A stretch of 61,951 nucleotides of DNA from an uncultured Clostridiaceae bacterium (GCA_964626065.1 CAZVDE010000005.1:1-61951), one strand, 5' to 3'. Positions 29,633 through 38,483 are shown, counted from the first letter of the stretch. Translations and numbers: made by a program. The notes: generated by a model not told the origin, from the letters alone.

Positions 29633-30528
29633 GCTTCATAAGCCTCCTTCTCTGCGTCTTCCAGTGGGATAAGTGCATCATCTTCTGTGTAAGAGAAAAA
29701 TCCCAGTCTTGTTTTGACCCCAAGGCGTCTTTGGCGCACATACCGTCTGATCAAGGGGCAGGGGGCGTAGCGGTCGCCGTGTTCTTCCTGCATCTGTTCC
29801 ATCCAGTTAAGGACCAAATCCAGACCTAGGCGATCGGCCATTTCCAGAGGACCTTGCGTCATACCCCAGCTTTGTTTAAGGATAATCTCCGCGGTGGCGG
29901 CATCGCTGATTCCCTCATCAACCATGTAGGCCGCTTCGTTCACTAATGTTACTAAAGCCCGGGGGTTAATTAGGCCGGGGCTTTCGTGGATCTGCAGCAC
30001 CTTTTTGTCCAAACGGCGGGCAAATTGTTTGGCGATCTCAACAGCTTCTTCCGATGTATAATCGAGTACTACTAATTCCGCGACGGACACATCGGGAACG
30101 GGGGGGATAAAATGCAGCCCCACCAGCTGTTCGTTGCGTGTTATACCGCGGGCTAAATCTGAAACGCGCAGGGTGGACGTGGTGGAAATAAAGACAACCT
30201 CGGGGCGGCAGAGATGATCAGCTGTGCGCAACAGCTCTTGTTTAGTGTAGAAATGGTCAATTGTTGCTTCTACCAGCAGATCTACGCTGGCCAGTTCTTT
30301 CAGGTCCAAGGTGTAGCTAATGCGCCCCAGTATTATCCTTTTTTCCGATTCAGTAATGGCCCATTTGGCCAATTTGCGGTCCAGGCTTTTCTCAATACGC
30401 CGAAGGGCATCCTGTCCGCCGGCCCCCTGGGAGAAGAGCACAACATCATATCCTTTGCTGGCGGCGCATTCGGCGATGCCCCGGCCTAAGCGGCCTGCTC
30501 CCAGCACAGCTATTTTTCTTATCTCCAT
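29629..30528 (-). CDS. 3-hydroxyacyl-CoA dehydrogenase family protein
   Basis: IAVLGAGRLGRGIA Rossmann motif and the 3HCDH C-terminal domain; ATG 30528 after the AGGAGG SD; stop overlaps the ackA start (ATGA). Confidence 0.85.
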   Translation of the reverse strand: MEIRKIAVLGAGRLGRGIAECAASKGYDVVLFSQGAGGQDALRRIEKSLDRKLAKWAITESEKRIILGRISYTLDLKELASVDLLVEATIDHFYTKQELLRTADHLCRPEVVFISTTSTLRVSDLARGITRNEQLVGLHFIPPVPDVSVAELVVLDYTSEEAVEIAKQFARRLDKKVLQIHESPGLINPRALVTLVNEAAYMVDEGISDAATAEIILKQSWGMTQGPLEMADRLGLDLVLNWMEQMQEEHGDRYAPCPLIRRYVRQRRLGVKTRLGFFSYTEDDALIPLEDAEKEAYEA

Positions 30529-30648
30529 ACTATACCTCCTATAGATAAATCTTACTAAAAAACGATCCCTGTTGCTAATTCTAACATTACCCACCGTTTC
30601 CTGCTTTAGTCCCCCTTTTTAGGTTGCTATTTGGCGTAAGTGTGATAA

Positions 30649-32163
<1,515 letters not shown>

Positions 32164-32220
32164 GAACAAAGGGGCATAGCAAAAATCCCCCTTCTGCGTA
32201 CAGGTAATAAGAAGGAGGGG

Positions 32221-32364
32221 ATGACAATCTACGATTATAGATTTGCACGCGATGTTTCCCAAGGCTTGGTTTACAAATATTGGTGGGACATTTTACCCGT
32301 AACGATGCAGGCCCAAGTAATGGGTGTGCACAGGCCGTGGGGATACGAACGTTTCGGTAAATAA
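32221..32364 (+). CDS. candidate small ORF (47 aa, Trp/Tyr-rich), absent from the ORF track
   Basis: ATG preceded by GAAGGAGGGG; MTIYDYRFARDVSQGLVYKYWWDILPVTMQAQVMGVHRPWGYERFGK; fills an otherwise unexplained 250-nt gap upstream of the CPBP protease gene; the SD-to-ATG spacing is short. Confidence 0.35.
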   Translation: MTIYDYRFARDVSQGLVYKYWWDILPVTMQAQVMGVHRPWGYERFGK

Positions 32365-32412
32365 TGTCGACGGGGCGCCGACGGCGCGCCGGTCTTGTTG
32401 GGAGAGGTAGCA

Positions 32413-33072
32413 ATGTGTGAACCTGATAGAAGGCGGCTCGGGGTATTCCTAGGCCTGGGGGGTTGGCTGTTTTTACTTCTTTTAACCCGCAGATTGGGGC
32501 CTTCGTTGACGGCCCGCTTCGCTCTGCTCGCTGCCCAACAGGCCATGTTTATCGCTATCGGGCTGTTTTGTGTCCGCAGGAAGATCTTGTCCTTTCCCGG
32601 GTTGAAAACGTTTGCCAAGGGGATTTTGTCCGGAGTGGGCCTCTATGCGGCAAACGCAGTTTTGGGTTCACTTACACTACAAATTTTCGCACGATTATTG
32701 GGTTCCGAAACTACCCTACGGTTGCTGGCAGCGGAACGGGCCGCACTGGAGCCCTTTCTAAATGGCGAAAGCCCGCTATTAGCTGCGGGAATGGGGCTGA
32801 TGCTGATTGTAGGGGCACCGTTGAGCGAAGAATTGTTTTTTCGGGGCCTTATTCTTGATCAACTGAAAGAGCACGTTGGCGCGGGCCCGGCCATCTTTTT
32901 AGCCGCACTGCTCTTTGCGGGCCTCCACTTTTATGTTATCCAGTTTATCCCGGTCTTAGCGGCCGGTATCTTCTTGGGCCTCATGTTCACCCGCGCAGAA
33001 AACCTCTTTTTGCCCATAGTTGCCCACGCGGTAACAAACGGACTCGCCTTGGCGGCTTGGTTTGCACTATAG
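32413..33072 (+). CDS. CPBP-family (CAAX/Abi) intramembrane glutamic endopeptidase
   Basis: Motifs SEELFFRG, FAGLH and HAVTNG within a polytopic membrane protein. Confidence 0.88.
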   Translation: MCEPDRRRLGVFLGLGGWLFLLLLTRRLGPSLTARFALLAAQQAMFIAIGLFCVRRKILSFPGLKTFAKGILSGVGLYAANAVLGSLTLQIFARLLGSETTLRLLAAERAALEPFLNGESPLLAAGMGLMLIVGAPLSEELFFRGLILDQLKEHVGAGPAIFLAALLFAGLHFYVIQFIPVLAAGIFLGLMFTRAENLFLPIVAHAVTNGLALAAWFAL

Positions 33073-33387
33073 CTTCCAAAATTGGTTAACATCAATTACG
33101 AAAACGATTGCTCCGCCCGCTTCAATTTCAATGGGCACGCCAATGGCGGTGGGGAGTTCGGGAGTAACTTGAGGGATAATCTTTTTCCGCGGCGCACAGG
33201 TCGTTCGAATTATCTTTAACACATCTTCCAGGCGATCCGCATCTACCCCAATCAGCAGAGTTGTGTTGCCTTGCAGTAAAAATCCGCCCGTACTGGCCAG
33301 CTTGGTAGCTTGAAAACCGTTCTCTACCAATGCTTCCATGAGAAAAGCGGCATCATTATCTTCGATTACTGTAATCACCAGTTTCAT
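33067..33387 (-). CDS. darA: PII-like cyclic-di-AMP receptor (DarA/PstA, DUF970)
   Basis: MKLVITVIEDNDAAFLMEALVENGFQATKLASTGGFLLQGNTTLLIGV; length and pattern are typical of DarA. Confidence 0.8.
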   Translation of the reverse strand: MKLVITVIEDNDAAFLMEALVENGFQATKLASTGGFLLQGNTTLLIGVDADRLEDVLKIIRTTCAPRKKIIPQVTPELPTAIGVPIEIEAGGAIVFVIDVNQFWKL

Positions 33388-33487
33388 GTGGACTCCCTCC
33401 TTCCCTGTTATTTTAGACAAAGATCGTTATATTCCTTTCCCGGGGTGTGCAACTTTTTTGGTCAGTGTGCTGGCCGGGCCCATTCTG

Positions 33488-33526
33488 GGAAAAAACCAAA
33501 TCCAGCAGTCTCTGCTGGATTTGGTT
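33488..33526 (-). terminator. strong intrinsic terminator after the Cys/Pro-rich gene
   Basis: 15-bp stem AACCAAATCCAGCAG (33494-33508) / CTGCTGGATTTGGTT (33512-33526), 3-nt loop; the A-run at 33489-33495 gives a U-run on the minus strand. Confidence 0.85.
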
Positions 33527-33531
33527 ACTGC

Positions 33532-34149
33532 CTAACCTATTTCCGCGGGCTGCGGTGGGAAGGGGGGCCAAAACGCCCCGGTTTCCGCCATTTCGAACCA
33601 TTCCGCACAGCCCAATGGCGACACCTGCTCGCAGAGGGGCGGCTCGTTTGAGAATCTTCCCATTACTTCCAGCTGCACCAAGGCGACGGCTTTGACAACG
33701 ATGTAGACACCCACATCGCATTCAATTACCTCTCCGCTGTCAACTACACGGCAGGCTATGCAGCGAACCAAGGGCAGTATAACGACCTGCATGCCGGGCA
33801 CGGCACCTGCAAGGCGAAGGCCCCGCCGCCTGAATTGGCCGGCCTGCTGGATGAACTGGGAATTTCCGTTGGAGTCGTATTCGATGTTCAAGGTGAAGGT
33901 AACGTCAACATCAATTTCGTTTGTCCCGACCACAAAACCTTCCGCCACAAGATCAGTCACAGCGCAGTCCACAACATTGACTGCAGGCGGGAAACATGGT
34001 GGAACAGGAACTCTAAGGGTGATGCAATCCACCATGGAACACTCGTTATAGACTTTGTTGACGTAGATGATCTCCGGCCGGAAGGGTTGGGGCGGATCGG
34101 GGTGGCAGCATTGGGGATCCGGGCGACGACGTTGTTCAGGGTTATTCAT
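33532..34149 (-). CDS. hypothetical Cys/Pro-rich protein
   Basis: 205 aa, AGGAGG SD; Pro-rich ends (PDPQCCHPDPPQPFRP..., ...FWPPFPPQP) and 11 Cys; no signal peptide; no family recognised. Confidence 0.55.
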   Translation of the reverse strand: MNNPEQRRRPDPQCCHPDPPQPFRPEIIYVNKVYNECSMVDCITLRVPVPPCFPPAVNVVDCAVTDLVAEGFVVGTNEIDVDVTFTLNIEYDSNGNSQFIQQAGQFRRRGLRLAGAVPGMQVVILPLVRCIACRVVDSGEVIECDVGVYIVVKAVALVQLEVMGRFSNEPPLCEQVSPLGCAEWFEMAETGAFWPPFPPQPAEIG

Positions 34150-34256
34150 ACAATAATCCTCCTTTCTCTAAACCATACTATGCAGGTAGTGTTCTACGGT
34201 GATTCTTGTTGATAAAATGTCTGAATGAACAGGCTCCCGCATAATTTAAGAAGGGG

Positions 34257-35606
34257 GTGTTCATTGTGTTGATTCATATTCGCCATCCGGAGTATTGGGC
34301 CATAGAAATAAAAGGCGAATCCTTGTTAGTCCACCCCGCGCGGGGCCAAAGCAGGTTGCTGTCAGAAGGCATCGTGGATGTGGCTGCGGCCGTGAGCGCC
34401 GGCCTGATCCACATCGTGGCGTTTGGTGAAAACAAAGACTATGCTTGGCACTTTTTCGGCCGGGAAAGTTTTAATCGTGACCGTGTCGAGCTCGGACAAG
34501 TATACGGCGGTGGGGCCAGGCTTGTTTCGGATGGGGCGGGGATGATCCATTTGCTGTATTTGGCACAGCAGTCAACGGGGCGCGGCACTATATTGAAGCA
34601 CCGCGTTTTTTCTCAGTCGTGGGCTGAGCCGCTATCAGTATCGCCCAATGTTTCAACTCAGGGTTCTAATTTCAGCGCTGCATGGCACAATGACGGCTAT
34701 CTGCACATCGTTTATTGCTGCCAGCGGGAACAGCATCTTTATTACCGTGTTTTCAACCCTGAGCAGGGTATCTGGAGCGGCGCCATTCCTTTTTCCCGGG
34801 GGCGCTGCAGCTATCCCGTGCTGATTCCCGCGACCGTACTCTATTTATTCTGGCTGGAAGAAGCCGCAAAGATTGGTTTGCAGGTGCGCCAAAAAGAAAC
34901 GGTCTGGTCTGAAACGATGTTAATTTCGGAGCAAAAGGCGCACGTGAGCGGTGTGGGTTTTGCCTTAAAAGAAGAGGCATGGCGTCTATTTTGGCGGGAA
35001 GGCGCTGCATTGTATCGAACCGCCTTTGGCGACTGGGCCGGTCGGGAGCAAGAGGAAGCGGATCAGTATAAATTTGTCTGGGCAGTTGAAGGGGGAGTCA
35101 TGATTCCCGCCTACAGGGCTGAAATCGCCGCGGACGACGTGGTCGCCGATATGGTTGCCGACACAGCCGACACGGTCGCTGACAGGGTCGCCGACACGGT
35201 CGCTGACACAGCCGCCGCGGAGACGGCACGACGTCAAAAGATTGTGCGTAAGCAGGATGAAGAGCGGGAAAAAAAAGAAGCGGAGGCACAGGCCGCCTTT
35301 ATGCAGCAGTCTTTCCGGGTGCTGCAGGAATGGGAAAGGCTGAGGGAAGAAATTCGCCTCTGGCGCGGTGAAACGCTTGTAGCCGAACCGGTTGATCTGG
35401 GACCCATACTTAATAGATGTGAGCGTTTGGAGAGGCGTTATGTCTCTTTAGGGCAGGTGCAAAAACAGCATATGGAACATTCTGCAGCCGAACTGGAAAA
35501 AATCAGGCTTGATCTCCAACGGATTCAGCGGCGGCTCCACGATTTTGAGCAGGCGCAAAAGAAACGCAAAACCGGTTTTTGGCATAGATTATTGGAAAAG
35601 GATTGA
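34257..35606 (+). CDS. hypothetical protein: repeated beta-rich N-terminal blades, acidic VAD repeat, charged coiled-coil tail
   Basis: 449 aa; recurring blade-like units (GLIHIVAFG, GMIHLLYLA, GYLHIVYCC, VLYLFWLE each followed by an aromatic-rich strand), then VADMVADTADTVADRVADTVADT, then an E/K/R/Q-rich helix; the exact start is uncertain (GTG 34257 or 34266). Confidence 0.6.
   Translation: MFIVLIHIRHPEYWAIEIKGESLLVHPARGQSRLLSEGIVDVAAAVSAGLIHIVAFGENKDYAWHFFGRESFNRDRVELGQVYGGGARLVSDGAGMIHLLYLAQQSTGRGTILKHRVFSQSWAEPLSVSPNVSTQGSNFSAAWHNDGYLHIVYCCQREQHLYYRVFNPEQGIWSGAIPFSRGRCSYPVLIPATVLYLFWLEEAAKIGLQVRQKETVWSETMLISEQKAHVSGVGFALKEEAWRLFWREGAALYRTAFGDWAGREQEEADQYKFVWAVEGGVMIPAYRAEIAADDVVADMVADTADTVADRVADTVADTAAAETARRQKIVRKQDEEREKKEAEAQAAFMQQSFRVLQEWERLREEIRLWRGETLVAEPVDLGPILNRCERLERRYVSLGQVQKQHMEHSAAELEKIRLDLQRIQRRLHDFEQAQKKRKTGFWHRLLEKD
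35141..35215 (+). repeat. in-frame imperfect tandem repeat encoding (V/T)AD(T/R/M) units
   Basis: GCCGACACGGTCGCTGACA occurs exactly at 35166-35184 and again at 35190-35208 (24-nt period), flanked by degenerate 12-nt units. Confidence 0.85.
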
Positions 35607-35619
35607 CGGGGGGCTTTGT

Positions 35620-35919
35620 ATGGAGGTTATAATTTGTGGGCCCGGGCACTTCAGACTACCATCGTGCGGGGGCTGAAGAAAAAATGTGCCCCTGGCGGAG
35701 GCAGTGATTTATCTTAGGAGGGCAGTGCGCCGCCGTGTGGGGACGGGGGTTGTGGTGCGGTTTGTGGCTGTTGACAGCACTGAGGCTCGGCAAAGCCCAT
35801 GGGGGGCCGAAACCTCACTGCCGCTTGTGGTTATTAACGGAATAGTGTTTTCAAAAGGTGTCTTTTCTTTTGCAGAGATTATCCAAGCGTTACAGACGAT
35901 GCAGTCCAAAAAGCAATAG
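35620..35919 (+). CDS. candidate thioredoxin-fold selenoprotein (CxxU; TGA 35674-35676 read as Sec), YuzD/glutaredoxin-like
   Basis: ATG 35620 is in frame with the 77-aa ORF (GTG 35686) and separated from it only by one TGA; the read-through product MEVIICGPGHFRLPSCGGU... restores strand 1 and a C-x-x-U motif at the CxxC position; a GGGGGG SD-like run lies 6 nt upstream. Confidence 0.5.
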
Positions 35920-35922
35920 GAC

Positions 35923-35962
35923 AATGGCAGAAGTTACCGTTCGGTTCTTCTGCCATTTTTTT
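35923..35962 (+). terminator. intrinsic terminator
   Basis: AATGGCAGAAG (35923-35933) pairs with CTTCTGCCATT (35947-35957), followed by a T-run. Confidence 0.85.
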
Positions 35963-36002
35963 GTTACACTGGAATTGAAATACTGCAAAGGAGGAAATAA
36001 TT

Positions 36003-36635
36003 GTGAAACGCAGCTTTTTACTTAGCTTTGTCCTCGTACTGTTTTTAGTGTCCTCTGTGGGCGCAAGTTCCTGGAACTGGTGGGCCCCGAGCGCTCCTAG
36101 TGGCGCCGGTGATTCGGCTTGGGGTCAAATTCTGTGGCCCGAGCTCAGCCAACCCTCTTGGCCCCCCTCAACTCAACCGCCCGCTCCATCCCCGGGTACT
36201 CCGCCCGTAAACCCGGAGGTGCCAACTGAACCCACTCCTCCGCCAAATTCATCGCTGACAGCCGACGAACAGCGGGTATTTACTCAGGTTAATGAGGAGC
36301 GGGTCAAGAACGGCCTTAACGCCTTATCTCTTGACACAGGTTTAATCACTTTGGCCAAGATGAAAAGCCGGGATATGGCCGTAAACAACTATTTCGATCA
36401 CGTTTCCCCCACATACGGTACCGTGTATACAATGCTAAACAGTGCCGGAATCAGCTACTCTCGCGCCGGCGAAAATATTGCGGTAACGGGAAGTATTGCC
36501 CGCGTTCATCCTCTTTTTATGGGCAGCCCCGGCCATAGAGTGAACATTCTCCATTCGGGGTATACTCACATAGGCGTCGGTGTGGTTAAGCGCGGAGTTA
36601 CTTATTATGTCACTCAAATTTTCATCAAAAAGTAG
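36003..36635 (+). CDS. secreted CAP (SCP/PR-1, YkwD-like) domain protein with a Pro-rich linker
   Basis: Signal peptide, PS/PT-rich linker, then LTADEQRVFTQVNEERVKNGL, YFDHVSP, GENIA, PGHRVNIL, HIGVGV. Confidence 0.85.
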   Translation: MKRSFLLSFVLVLFLVSSVGASSWNWWAPSAPSGAGDSAWGQILWPELSQPSWPPSTQPPAPSPGTPPVNPEVPTEPTPPPNSSLTADEQRVFTQVNEERVKNGLNALSLDTGLITLAKMKSRDMAVNNYFDHVSPTYGTVYTMLNSAGISYSRAGENIAVTGSIARVHPLFMGSPGHRVNILHSGYTHIGVGVVKRGVTYYVTQIFIKK

Positions 36636-36640
36636 GTTAT

Positions 36641-36676
36641 AAAAAAGGTGCTCCCTTGGGGGGGCACCTTTTTTCG
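36641..36676. terminator. bidirectional terminator hairpin
   Basis: AAAAAAGGTGCTCCC..GGGGGGCACCTTTTTT sits between convergent genes. Confidence 0.8.
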
Positions 36677-36682
36677 ATGTCA

Positions 36683-37276
36683 TTACAAAAAAACAAGGAA
36701 AAGCACCTGCATAATACCAATGACCAGCCCCACCACTGCGCCGAAGACCTCAATATACCGCAGTTCATTCTTGGCCACCTTCAAGACCAGTGATTCCAGT
36801 TCGACAAGATTGAAGGTGGTAATCTTAGCCTCCACAAGGCTGCCCAGAAGTTTTTGTTCCTGCAGCTCCCGGCCTACCGCATCTCCGAGTTGATTGAAAA
36901 GGTTCTCCATTTCCCCGCCGATCATGTCTTCTAGATGGTCTTTAATTTTGTCACCGGCGTAGTTAGCTATGAACCGGGGCAGGATTCTATCGATCTTAGC
37001 CGCGATGCTGCCTGTGACCAATTTGGTCACTTTTTGACGTGTTTCCGGTGTGTTGACCGCTTCAATGAGCTCGCCGGTGGGCAGTAGATCCTCATCGAGA
37101 ACCTCCCCGATACTCCGGGCGATCTCCGCCTGCCGTTTGGGCAGTACACCGAGGAATTCCCAGCCCAGGATTTTGATGGGCCTGCGGGGCCAGAAAAGCA
37201 TTTTGATGGCAATCACATTCGTACCCCAGCCAATTAGGGCAGCCATAATTGGTAAAGAGATTAATTCCCAGTTCAT
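36683..37276 (-). CDS. DUF445-family membrane-associated protein
   Basis: N-terminus PIMAALIGWGTNVIAIKMLFWPRRP and C-terminal TM helix, typical of DUF445. Confidence 0.7.
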   Translation of the reverse strand: MNWELISLPIMAALIGWGTNVIAIKMLFWPRRPIKILGWEFLGVLPKRQAEIARSIGEVLDEDLLPTGELIEAVNTPETRQKVTKLVTGSIAAKIDRILPRFIANYAGDKIKDHLEDMIGGEMENLFNQLGDAVGRELQEQKLLGSLVEAKITTFNLVELESLVLKVAKNELRYIEVFGAVVGLVIGIMQVLFLVFL

Positions 37277-37529
37277 GATAACGTTCCCCTTCGTCTTTGC
37301 AACTCGTCCTTAGTATAACTGAGTGGGGTCAAAAATCAACAAAAATCACCATGTAGGGAAATCATTAAAGGGGTAGGAATTATGTAAAAAATATGTTACA
37401 ATCGAAAGGTGGAAAAATAAGTCATAATTGGGAGGAGGGCCTTAGGTAGTCGGCAGGAGTGAATAACGGGCAGAATAGACAGAATTATCAAGGAAGATGA
37501 ACCAGGGACAAGCTTGACTACTGTGGCGG

Positions 37530-38483
37530 GTGTTTATGGGTAACGAACTCTTTGTTGGTGTTGCGGACAACAACCATTTTTCGACGGCGGTTGTGGGTGA
37601 TTCGCGGGGCCGAATAATCGCTACCGGCGTGGGCGAGTCGGTAAACTTTTGTTTGTGCGGCGTACCGCGGGCACGAGAGAATCTGAAACGCCTTCTTGCG
37701 GATACGGTTGGTTGGCGGGAAAGGCACAACCTTGCTTGCGTGTGTATCACCTTCAAATCGGATTCTATGCATAATAATTTGGAGACATTTGGCCTTGTCC
37801 ATAATTTTTTCTCCAACACCAGGGTGCGTTTTGAGAAGTTTTCGATCAGCTGTACCATGGGTATTTCGGGGGCGCTGAACAGGATCGTCTTAGTGGGCGG
37901 CCGCTCCGGGTTGGTTTTGTTCGAAGATGGCAGTGGGCTGCGTTATTCTCTGCGGCAGAATGGACCCGCTTGGGATTTGCAGACGCGATTTTTAAAAAAG
38001 ATAAAAGCGGGCCGCCATGTCTGGGCCTATCGCGAGACGCAATTTCTTTTGGAGATGGGCCTGCGGCTGCCCAAACCCGCTCGTCTCGCCTTTATCTGTG
38101 ATTTTTTGGATAGCCAGGCAAATCGGGGCAACCCGTTAGCTTTGGAGGTCGCGTATGATGTGGCACATGATTTGGTCGAACTATTGGCGCAGGTGATTGG
38201 GCGCGTTGAAGCACAGGAATCGGTAATTGGCCTTTACGGCCCGGTTTTGCTGGGGTCAGAGATCGTTTACGAACGGGTCCGTCATTTAATAGCGCTCCTA
38301 TTTCCTCGGGTTAGGCTTAAGGAGGCGGCCCTAGCACCGGCTAAGGGGGCGTATCTGTCATCGCTGCTCACAAACGGTTCTCCTTTAAGAGCGGAGGTGA
38401 TCGCAAATTTACTATCCTCCTCCCAAGTGCTGCGGGGCAGAAGACGGCCTGAGTTGGATTGGCGCCGCCGTTTGGGCTATTAG
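37530..38483 (+). CDS. BadF/BadG/BcrA/BcrD-type (ASKHA) ATPase-like protein with a degenerate phosphate-1 motif
   Basis: 317 aa; overall N-acetylglucosamine-kinase-like layout (LFVGVADNNHFSTAVV..., LVGGRSGL..., GLYGPVLLGS) but no DGGGTKT-type loop. Confidence 0.5.
   Translation: MFMGNELFVGVADNNHFSTAVVGDSRGRIIATGVGESVNFCLCGVPRARENLKRLLADTVGWRERHNLACVCITFKSDSMHNNLETFGLVHNFFSNTRVRFEKFSISCTMGISGALNRIVLVGGRSGLVLFEDGSGLRYSLRQNGPAWDLQTRFLKKIKAGRHVWAYRETQFLLEMGLRLPKPARLAFICDFLDSQANRGNPLALEVAYDVAHDLVELLAQVIGRVEAQESVIGLYGPVLLGSEIVYERVRHLIALLFPRVRLKEAALAPAKGAYLSSLLTNGSPLRAEVIANLLSSSQVLRGRRRPELDWRRRLGY

Noticed and set aside
33310-33721. Three overlapping 65-113-aa ORFs around the darA start and the adjacent terminator
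   Set aside because: They overlap darA, the 15-bp terminator stem or the 3' end of the Cys/Pro-rich gene. They have no SDs and their translations are low-complexity.
35620-35919. Alternative readings of the CxxU locus: a pseudogene with a nonsense mutation, or a genuine 77-aa protein starting at GTG 35686
   Set aside because: These are not fully excluded. The TGA falls exactly at the second redox position of a CxxC-type motif. There are no other lesions, GTG 35686 lacks a convincing SD, and the 77-aa product would be a thioredoxin fold missing strand 1 and its active site. Sec decoding is therefore the more economical explanation, pending SECIS and sel-gene checks.
37442-37858. 138-aa and 94-aa minus-strand ORFs across the 5' end of the BadF-like gene
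   Set aside because: They are antisense to a supported gene and run into its leader. They have no SD or motifs.
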